Below, one piece after another: positions 53,470 through 64,000 of a DNA stretch of 64,000 bases. Position numbers and translations under genes: made by a program. Below the pieces are notes generated by a model, which saw nothing but the letters and a program-made list of their open reading frames with translations, was not told the origin of the DNA and searched no databases. Source of the stretch: Eledone cirrhosa (taxonomy: Eukaryota); the NCBI GenBank assembly GCA_964016885.1, contig OZ024743.1, positions 329,034,001 through 329,098,000 on the forward strand, read 5' to 3'. How positions within the stretch are numbered: the stretch's first letter is position 1; every line of letters starts with the position of its first letter.

Positions 53470-53874
53470 CTGTAGTAGTAGTGGTGTGGTAGTATTGACT
53501 GGAAGTAGTAGTAATAGTAGCAGCAGCAGCAGCAACAGTAGTGGTAGTAGTAGTCGTAGTAGTAGTAGTAGTGATGGTGTCGTGGATGTAGTATCTGTGG
53601 TGGCAGTTGTACTAGTAGTAGTGGCATTAGTACTAGTGATGGTTGTTCTAGTAGTAGTGGTAGTAGAAGTACTAGTGATGGTTGTTGTAGTAGTAGTAGT
53701 GGTAGTACTACTAGTGATGGTTGTAGTAGTAGTAGTAGTAGTAGTAGTAATAGTAGTAGTAGTAGTAGAAGTGATGGTATGGTGGCTGTAGTATTTGTGC
53801 CAATAGTGGTGGATGTAGTATTTGAGGTGGTAGTTGTAGTAGTAGTAGTGGTAGGAGTATTTGAGGTGGTAGTT

Positions 53875-53905
<31 letters not shown>

Positions 53906-54000
53906 AAGTGATGGTATGGTGGCTGTAGTATTTGTGCCAATAGTGGTGGTGGTTGTAGTATTTGTGGTGGTAATGGTGGTTGTTGTAGTAGATGTGGTGA
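53470..54000. repeat. (GTA/GTG)n low-complexity tract
   Basis: Visible directly. Confidence 0.9.
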
Positions 54001-54149
54001 TGGTTTAAATCCAGGTCAATCCTGATAGAACAGACCTTTAACCATAAACATTCCAGCCGTGACTCTCCCAAATACCAGCCTCAGTTTATCTAGGGCTACA
54101 CCTTTCAATGTGACCTTCACAGTTTTAATAGAATAGGGAGTGATTTAAG

Positions 54150-57100
54150 GGAGTATTGGCTGTAGTAGTGATGGTGTGTGTGGTAGTATTGGCTGTAGTA
54201 GTGATGGTGTGTGTGGTAGTATTGACTGTAGTAGTAATGGTGTGTGTGTGGTAGTATTTACTATAGTAGTCGTGGTGTGGTACTATTGGCTATAGTAGTG
54301 GTGGTGTGGTAGTATTGACTATAGTAGTGATGGTGTGTGTGGTAGTATTGACTATAGTAGTGGTGGTGTGTGTGGTAGTATTGACCATAGTAGTGGTGGT
54401 GTGGTAGTATTGACTATAGTAGTGGTGGTGTGGTAGTTTTGGCTATAGTAGTGATGGTGTGTGTGGTAGTATTGACTGTAGTAGTGGTAGTGTGGTAGTA
54501 TTGACTGTATCAGTAGTGGTGGTGTGGTAGTATTGACTGTAGCAGTAGTGGCGGTGTGGTAGTATTGACTGTAGTAGTAGTGGTGGTGTGGCAGTATTGG
54601 CTGTGGTAGTGGTGCTGTGGTAGCATTGACTGTAGCAGTAGAGGTGGTGTGGTAGTATTGACTGTAGTACTAGTGGTGGTGTGGTAGTATTGGCTGTAGT
54701 AGTGGTGGTGTGGTAGTATTGACTGTAGTAGTGGTGGTGTGGTAGTATTGACTGTAGCAGTAGTGGTGGTGTCGTAGTATTGGCTGTAGTAGTGGTGGTG
54801 TGGTAGTTTTGGCTATAGTAGTGATGGTGTGTGTGGTAGTATTGACTGTAGTAGTGGTGGTGTGGTAGTATTGACTGTATCAGTAGTGGTGGTGTGGTAG
54901 TATTGACTGTAGCAGTAGTGGTGTGGTAGTATTGACTGTAGTAGTGGTGGTGTGGTAGTATTGACTGTAGTAGTGGTGGTGTGGTAGTATTGACTGTAGC
55001 AGTAGTGGTGGTGTCGTAGTATTGGCTGTAGTAGTGGTGGTGTGGTAGTATTGACTGTAGTAGTGGTGGTGTGGTAGTATTGACTGTAGCAGTAGTGGTG
55101 GTGTCGTAGTATTGGCTGTAGTAGTGGTGGTGTGGTAGTATTGCCTATAGTAGTGGTGGTGTGGTAGTATTGACTGTAGCAGTAGTGGTGTGGTAGTATT
55201 GACTGTAGTAGTGGTGGTGTGGTAGTATTGACTGTAGCAGTAGTGGTGGTGTCGTAGTATTGGCTGTAGTAGTGGTGGTGTGGTAGTATTGACTATAGTA
55301 GTGGTGGTGTGGTAGTATTGACTGTAGTAGTAGTGGTGTGGTAGTATTGACTGTGGCAGTGGTGGTGTGGTAGTATTGGCTGTAGTAGTAGTGGTGTGGT
55401 AGTATTGACTGTAGCAGTAGTGGTGGTGTCGTAGTATTGGCTGTAGTAGTGGTGGTGTGGTAGTATTGACTATAGTAGTGGTGGTGTGGTAGTATTGACT
55501 GTAGTAGTGGTGGTGTGGTAGTATTGACTGTGGCAGTAGTGGTGTGGTAGTATTGACTGTGGCAGTAGTGGTGTGGTAGTATTGGCTGTGGCAGTAGTGG
55601 TGTGGTAGTATTGACTGTAGTAGTGGTGTGGTAGTATTGGCTGTAGTAGTAGTGGTGTGGTAGTATTGACTGTAGTAGTAGTGATGTGGTAGTATTGGCT
55701 GTAGTAGTGGTGTGGTAGTATTGGCTGTAGTAGTGGTGGTGTGGTAGTATTGGCTATAGTAGTGGTGGTGTGGTAGTATTGGCTGTAGTAGTGGTGTGGT
55801 AGTATTGACTGTAGTAGTGGTGGTGTGGTAGTATTGACTGTGGCAGTGGTGGTGTGGCAGTATTGACTGTGGCAGTGGTGGTGTGGTAGTATTGATTGTA
55901 GCAGTGGTGGTGTGGTAGTATTGACTGTGGCAGTGGTGGTGTGGCAGTATTGACTGTGGCAGTGGTGGTGTGGTAGTATTGATTGTAGCAGTGGTGGTGT
56001 GGTAGTATTGATTGTAGCAGTGGTGGTGTGGTAGTATTGGCTATAGTAGTGGTGGTGTGGTAGTATTGGCTGTAGTAGTGGTGTGGTAGTATTGACTATA
56101 GTAGTGGTGGCGTGGTAGTATTGGCTGTGGCAGTGGTGGTGTGGCAGTATTGACTGTGGCAGTGGTGGTGTGGTAGTATTGACTGTAGCAGTGGTGGTGT
56201 GGTAGTATTGACTGTAGTAGTGGTGGTGTGGTAGTATTGGCTATAGAAGTGGTGGTGTGGTAGTATTGGCTGTAGTTGTGGTGTGGTAGTATTGACTATA
56301 GTAGTGGTGAGGTAGTATTGACTATAGTAGTGGTGGCGTGATAGTATTGGCTGTAGTAGTGGTGGTGTGGTAGTATTGGCTGTAGTAGTAGTGGTGTGGT
56401 AGTATTGGCTGTGGCAGTAGTGGTGTGGTACTATTGGCTGTGGCAGTGGTGGTGTGGTAGTATTGACTGTAGTAGTGGTGGTGTGGTAGTATTTACTGTA
56501 GCAGTAGTGGTGTGGTAGTATTGGCTGTGGCAGTAGTGGTGTGGTACTATTGGCTGTGGCAGTGGTGGTGTGGTAGTATTGACTGTAGTAGTAGTGGTGT
56601 GGTAGTGTTGACTATAGTAGTGGTGGCGTGGTAGTATTGGCTGTAGTAGTGGTGGTGTGGTAGTATTGGCTATAGTAGTAGTGGTGTGGTAGTATTGACT
56701 ATAGTAGTGGTGAGGTAGTATTGACTATAGTAGTGGTGGCGTGATAGTATTGGCTGTAGTAGTGGTGGTGTGGTAGTATTGGCTGTAGTAGTAGTGGTGT
56801 GGTAGTATTGACTATAGTAGTGGTGTGGTAGTATTGACTATAGTAGTGGTGGCGTGGTAGTGTTGGCTGTAGTAGTGATGGTGTGGTAGTATTGGCTGTA
56901 GTAGTGGAGGTGTTGTAGTATTGACTATAGTAGTGGTGTGGTAGTATTGGCTATAGTAGTGGTGGTGTGGTAGTATTGGCTGTAGTAGTGGTGGTATGGT
57001 AGTATTGGCTATAGTAGTAGTGGTGTGGTAGTATTGACTATAGTAGTGGTGTGGTAGTATTGGCTATAGTAGTGGTGGTGTGGTAGTATTGGCTGTAGTA

Positions 57101-60100
57101 GTGGTGGTATGGTAGTATTGGCTATAGTAGTAGTGGTGTGGTAGTATTGACTATAGTAGTGGTGTGGTAGTATTGGCTATAGTAGTGGTGGTGTGGTAGT
57201 ATTGGCTATAGTAGTAGTGGTGTGGTAGTATTGACTATAGTAGGGGTGTGGTAGTATTGACTATAGTAGTGGTGGTGTGGTAGTATTGACTGTGGCAGTG
57301 GTGGTGTGGTAGTATTGGCTGTAGTAGTAGTGGTGTGATAGTATTGGCTGTGGCAGTAGTGGTGTGGTAGTATTGACTGTAGTAGTGGTGGTGTGGTAGT
57401 ATTGACTGTAGCAGTAGTGGTGGTGTCGTAGTATTGGCTGTAGTAGTGGTGGTGTGGTAGTATTGACTATAGTAGTGGTGGTGTGGTAGTATTGACTGTA
57501 GTAGTAGTGGTGTGGTAGTATTGACTGTAGTAGTGGTGGTGTGGTAGTATTGACTGTGGCAGTAGTGGTGTGGTAGTATTGACTGTGGCAGTAGTGGTGT
57601 GGTAGTATTGACTGTAGTAGTGGTGTGGTAGTATTGGCTGTAGTAGTAGTGGTGTGGTAGTATTGACTGTAGTAGTAGTGATGTGGTAGTATTGGCTGTA
57701 GTAGTGGTGTGGTAGTATTGGCTGTAGTAGTGGTGGTGTGGTAGTATTGGCTGTAGTAGTGGTGTGGTAGTATTGACTGTAGTAGTGGTGGTGTGGTAGT
57801 ATTGACTGTAGTAGTGGTGGCGTGGTAGTATTGGCTGTGGCAGTGGTGGTGTGGCAGTATTGACTGTGGCAGTGGTGGTGTGGTAGTATTGGCTGTAGTA
57901 GTGGTGGTGTGGTAGTATTGGCTATAGTAGTGGTGGTGTGGTAGTATTGACTATAGTAGTGGTGGCGTGGTAGTATTGACTGTGGCAGTGGTGGTGTGGC
58001 AGTATTGACTGTGGCAGTGGTGGTGTCGTAGTATTGGCTGTAGTAGTGGTGGTGTGGTAGTATTGACTGTAGTAGTGGTGGCGTGGTAGTATTGGCTGTG
58101 GCAGTGGTGGTGTGGCAGTATTGACTGTGGCAGTGGTGGTGTGGTAGTATTGGCTGTAGTAGTGGTGGTGTGGTAGTATTGACTGTAGCAGTGGTGGTGT
58201 GGTAGTATTGACTGTAGTAGTGGTGGTGTGGTAGTATTGGCTATAGAAGTGGTGGTGTGGTAGTATTGGCTGTAGTAGTGGTGTGGTAGTATTGACTATA
58301 GTAGTGGTGAGGTAGTATTGACTATAGTAGTGGTGGCGTGATAGTATTGGCTGTAGTAGTGGTGGTGTGGTAGTATTGGCTGTAGTAGTAGTGGTGTGAT
58401 AGTATTGGCTGTGGCAGTAGTGGTGTGGTACTATTGGCTGTGGCAGTGGTGGTGTGGTAGTATTGACTGTAGTAGTGGTGGTGTGGTAGTATTGACTGTA
58501 GCAGTAGTGGTGTGGTAGTATTGGCTGTGGCAGTAGTGGTGTGGTACTATTGGCTGTGGCAGTGGTGGTGTGGTAGTATTGACTGTAGTAGTGGTGAGGT
58601 AGTATTGGCTGTAGTAGTGGTGTGGTAGTATTGACTGTAGCAGTAGTGGTGGTGTGGTAGTATTGGCTGTAGTAGTGGTGTGGTAGTATTGACTGTAGTA
58701 GTAGTGGTGTGGTAGTGTTGACTGTGGCAGTGGTGGTGTGGCAGTATTGACTGTGGCAGTGGTGGTGTGGTAGTATTGGCTGTAGTAGTGGTGGTGTGGT
58801 AGTATTGACTGTAGCAGTAGTGGTGGTGTCGTAGTATTGGCTGTAGTAGTGGTGGTGTGGTAGTATTGACTATAGTAGTGGTGGTGTGGTAGTATTGACT
58901 GTAGTAGTAGTGGTGTGGTAGTATTGACTGTAGTAGTGGTGGTGTGGTAGTATTGACTGTGGCAGTAGTGGTGTGGTAGTATTGACTGTGGCAGTAGTGG
59001 TGTTGTAGTATTGACTGTAGTAGTGGTGTGGTAGTATTGGCTGTAGTAGTAGTGGTGTGGTAGTATTGACTGTAGTAGTAGTGATGTGGTAGTATTGGCT
59101 GTAGTAGTGGTGTGGTAGTATTGGCTGTAGTAGTGGTGGTGTGGTAGTATTGGCTGTAGTAGTGGTGTGGTAGTATTGACTGTAGTAGTGGTGGTGTGGT
59201 AGTATTGACTGTAGTAGTGGTGGTGTGGTAGTATTGACTGTAGTAGTGGTGGCGTGGTAGTATTGACTGTGGCAGTGGTGGTGTGGCAGTATTGACTGTG
59301 GCAGTGGTGGTGTGGTAGTATTGGCTGTAGTAGTGGTGGTGTGGTAGTATTGACTGTAGCAGTGGTGGTGTGGTAGTATTGACTGTAGCAGTGGTGGTGT
59401 GGTAGTATTGGCTGTAGTAGTGGTGGTGTGGTAGTATTGACTGTAGCAGTGGTGGTGTGGTAGTATTGACTGTAGCAGTGGTGGTGTGGTAGTATTGACT
59501 GTAGTAGTGGTGGTGTGGTAGTATTGGCTATAGAAGTGGTGGTGTGGTAGTATTGGCTGTAGTAGTGGTGTGGTAGTATTGACTATAGTAGTGGTGAGGT
59601 AGTATTGACTATAGTAGTGGTGGCGTGATAGTATTGGCTGTAGTAGTGGTGGTGTGGTAGTATTGGCTGTAGTAGTAGTGGTGTGATAGTATTGGCTGTG
59701 GCAGTAGTGGTGTGGTACTATTGGCTGTGGCAGTGGTGGTGTGGTAGTATTGACTGTAGTAGTGGTGGTGTGGTAGTATTGACTGTAGCAGTAGTGGTGT
59801 GGTAGTATTGGCTGTGGCAGTAGTGGTGTGGTACTATTGGCTGTGGCAGTGGTGGTGTGGTAGTATTGACTGTAGTAGTAGTGGTGTGGTAGTGTTGACT
59901 GTGGCAGTGGTGGTGTGGTAGTATTGGCTGTGGCAGTAGTGGTGTGGTACTATTGGCTGTGGCAGTGGTGGTGTGGTAGTATTGACTGTAGTAGTAGTGG
60001 TGTGGTAGTGTTGACTATAGTAGTAGTGGTGTGGTAGTATTGACTGTAGTAGTAGTGATGTGGTAGTATTGGCTATAGTAGTAGTGGTGTGGTAGTATTG

Positions 60101-61030
60101 ACTATAGTAGTGGTGAGGTAGTATTGACTATAGTAGTGGTGGCGTGATAGTATTGGCTGTAGTAGTGGTGGTGTGGTAGTATTGGCTGTAGTAGTAGTGG
60201 TGTGGTAGTATTGACTATAGTAGTGGTGTGGTAGTATTGACTATAGTAGTGGTGGCGTGGTAGTGTTGGCTGTAGTAGTGATGGTGTGGTAGTATTGGCT
60301 GTAGTAGTAGTGGTGTGGTAGTATTGACTATAGTAGTGGTGAGGTAGTATTGACTATAGTAGTGGTGGCGTGATAGTATTGGCTGTAGTAGTGGTGGTGT
60401 GGTAGTATTGGCTGTAGTAGTAGTGGTGTGGTAGTATTGACTATAGTAGTGGTGTGGTAGTATTGACTATAGTAGTGGTGGCGTGGTAGTGTTGGCTGTA
60501 GTAGTGATGGTGTGGTAGTATTGGCTGTAGTAGTGGTGGTGTGGTAGTATTGGCTATAGTAGTGGTGTGGTAGTATTGACTATAGTAGTGGTGGCGTGGT
60601 AGTATTGGCTGTAGTAGTGGTGGTATGGTAGTATTGGCTATAGTAGTAGTGGTGTGGTAGTATTGACTATAGTAGTGGTGTGGTAGTATTGGCTATAGTA
60701 GTGGTGGTGTGGTAGTATTGGCTATAGTAGTAGTGGTGTGGTAGTATTGACTATAGTAGGGGTGTGGTAGTATTGACTATAGTAGTGGTGTGGTAGTATT
60801 GGCTGTAGTAGTGGTGGTGTGGTAGTATTGGCTATAGTAGTAGTGGTGTGGTAGTATTGACTATAGTAGTGGTGTGGTAGTATTGGCTATAGTAGTGGTG
60901 TGGTAGTATTGACTATAGTAGTGGTGTGGTAGTATTGGCTATAGTAGTAGTGGTGTGGTAGTATTGACTATAGTAGTGGTGTGGTAGTATTGACTATAGT
61001 AGTGGTGTGGTAGTATTGGCTATAGTAGTA
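54150..61030. repeat. ~6.9-kb satellite of 26/29/32-bp units
   Basis: Consensus GGTAGTATTG(A/G)CT(G/A)TAGTAGTGGTGGTGT; unit lengths vary by multiples of 3. Confidence 0.97.
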
Positions 61031-62627
61031 TTATCATGGGTTAAAACCTAGGTTATAGTGAGAGATCACGTGTTTACGATTATACATCCGGGTAACCCCG
61101 GTGTCCATATCTAAAATGGTTTCAGCCCAATTATTAGAGCACCTAGCCCTAAATAAGGTCTTGTGATTTGGGCAGAACAAACGGGGTTAAGGTGACTTGG
61201 AATCACATTTTCCTTGTTCCTCATCACGTGGTTTCATTCGGCTTAGATTTTGACCCTTTATACAAAGTCTGTACATGTTTAGAGAGAGAGAGAGAGAGAG
61301 GGGGGGAAGGGAGAGAGAGAAAGAGACGATGGCACGCGCACAGACACGCACGCACGCACATTGGCAGCTGCCCTCCCCAACTGTAGGGATGGTAATAACT
61401 GGATAACGTTTAGATTCAATTTAACTTTGACTCAGTCGTCTTGTGATTAAAGACATTCTGACCGTGCCTATCCCATCCTATATGTTAACATAATATATAT
61501 AGAAGAATAATGGTTTCTACTTTTGGCACAAGGTCAGCAATTAACCCAGTACATTACTGGTACTTTATTTTATCGACCCCGTAAGGATGAAAGGCAATGT
61601 TAACCTCGGCGGGACTTGAACTCAGACTGTAAAGGGCCGTAACTCTATGCGTCAAAGCATGGCATCCGACCCTCTACCGATACTGCCAATCCACCGCCCT
61701 TTATATATATAGAACAATAATTTCCTTCTTTTAGGCGCTATGTAAACAGTCGTTAAAACGTCAGATAGAATGTTTTCCGTTGTTCGTTCTGACTCACAGC
61801 GCTCTGAATTCAAATCCCACGGAAGTCAACTTTACCTTTCATCCTTTCACGGTTGATAAATAAAGTACCAGCCAAGTCCTGGGGTCGATTCTTCCTCTAT
61901 GTCTCTTTCTCACTTCCTCTCTATTACTCTCTCTCTGTATGTTCAGATCTGGAGAGGCGATGGTTTCCGTTAAATGTACGAAATATCCAAGAAACGCTGT
62001 ATGTCACTACGACACCATTACGACACCAAAAAGAGTTACGGCTACATACACATCTCTTTCCTTAAATTAACGATAGAGGGTAACCTGAGGGATATCTCAC
62101 CGCTATTTCTAGCACGTTAAACGACCACTTTAGTTCGGTATAGTGATGGTGGTGGTGATTGTGGATGGTATGGTATCAATGGTTGATGAGCCAACCAGGT
62201 AGGGGTTTCAATTCCCAATCGAATGATTTCACTCGCTTTAAACACTCTGTATTAATGGCGAGTTGATTGGCAGAATCAGTTGAGTGTCTGATTTGCGGCA
62301 TAGAGTTACGTCCCTTTACGTTAAGAGTTCAAATCCTGCCAAGGTTAGCTTTAACTTTCGATAAAAAAAAATACCAGTGGTCGATAAAGTACCAGTAACA
62401 CACTGGAGTCGATTTAATATCTTCCTCTCCCCACCAAATTGTTGGGTCTGTACCTAAACCCGACACCATTAATGGATGTGTTGTACGTATAACCATATAT
62501 TAAGTTGTATGGTTATACATACGTCAGGTCGCCCTCGAGAACTTCTGGTAACATATGACACAGTATTTGTTGCATGGTCAGGTTGTTAGCAACTAAACCG
62601 GTAATATAAACATAGTCAAACGTTCAG

Positions 62628-62697
<70 letters not shown>

Positions 62698-62699
<2 letters not shown>

Positions 62700-62951
62700 A
62701 AAGGAAAAAAGATGAAATCGAAAATGCAACTGGAGTTTTTTTAAGAATATTTATTTGGTTCCTTCTCGCATCTGCGAGAAAAACCACAAACCCTCCATCT
62801 CAATTCTACTTTTGAAAAGCATAAGAACTGTGAAACCAGTAAAGGAACCAAATAAATATTCTCCAGCTGCATTTTCAATTTCATCTTTTTTCCTTATACT
62901 TTCACTCGTGTAGGACATCTCGTATTTTTTTCACTCTGGGAAAAAACCCTC

Positions 62952-62960
<9 letters not shown>
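62698..62960 (+). mobile_element. TA-flanked inverted module with decayed U3-A8 hammerhead
   Basis: Paralog of 29530-29736 and 45285-45425. Confidence 0.75.
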
Positions 62961-62993
<33 letters not shown>

Positions 62994-63210
62994 CAAAATA
63001 TAACGCTGTGGTTACATAAATCGTTTAATCATAATAATTATTTCCACGGCCACGGTTCTCCATGCAATCGAGCAGTCCTTCATGCATTTGATGTTGTTAT
63101 GATGAAACCCGATTTGTTGATATGCCGCCGGCAGGAAAAGACACAAGTCCTTTAGCTCGTGTGCCCAGCATATATATATATATATATTATTATTATTATT
63201 ATACATCTTG

Positions 63211-63246
<36 letters not shown>

Positions 63247-63509
63247 TCACGGGCTGGTTCAATCGGGGGGTAACCACAGTAAGTAAGGTACAAAATTTAA
63301 TGTAGAAGCCATTTCTATATTAATTTCTATATATATATATAGAGAGAGAGAGAGAGGAAAATGTTCAGCCCCGACGGCAGAGCTCAAGCCGTTTCGACGG
63401 CTATTTCTGGACCGTCGGGTTGAACATTTTCCTATTACCCATTCTATTACCCTAGTATTGAGTACTCTAGTGCGTTATGGTCCACCTGGTTCCTTACCAA
63501 TCTTCCTTC

Positions 63510-63562
<53 letters not shown>

Positions 63563-64000
63563 AAACAAATGTTCGCCGCTCTACATGGCCGAATATAATA
63601 AATGTAATCTGAGTGTTTCGAATATTAATAATTGTTTCTACTTTTGGCACAAGGCCAGCAATAACCCAGTACATTACTGGTACTTTATTTTATCGACCCC
63701 ATCAGGATGAAAGGCAAAGTTAATCTCGACGGGATTTGAACTCATACCGTAAAGGGACGTAACTATGCTAGAAAGCATGGCTTCCAGCCCTCTACCGATA
63801 CCGCCAAATAATATTCGATTCGTTTGCAATCATGCAAACAAGCCACATTTTTAAAGCCATGTCTGTAGAATGAGCCCCTCATTCTTGCTCTTGTGTTGCC
63901 ATGTAAACAGAACTGCAGACAGTGACCATCCAGTCCTCTAGCTCTTTAGACCCACCCCACCCCCTTCCCAGTTCATTTACCCAAAAGTAAAAATATAACT

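Overview
Repeat-dominated eukaryotic DNA with no supportable host gene. The SINEs, RTE LINEs and microsatellite content suggest an octopus or other cephalopod genome (inference). It contains: (i) large satellites and microsatellites that produce nearly all ORFs in the track; (ii) decayed LINEs (RTE with three C2H2 fingers, Ingi/I-like, CRE-like, R4/Dong-like), a Tc1 fragment, MITEs and tRNA-derived SINEs; (iii) about 40 short modules inside (TA)n tracts, many of them inverted or tandem duplications. By manual reading these carry about 30 complete or partial hammerhead ribozyme (HHR) motifs from roughly 15 sequence families, the signature of Penelope-like element pseudo-LTR ends. The main finding is a covariation-supported hammerhead whose core strands occur in the non-circularly permuted order NUH -> GAAA -> CUGAUGA, held by pseudoknots and a conserved kink-turn (3058-3161, 4645-4749, 4757-4860, 51592-51695; deleted copy 51902-51980; second family 4984-5092). 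All structures were read by eye; none was folded computationally or tested.
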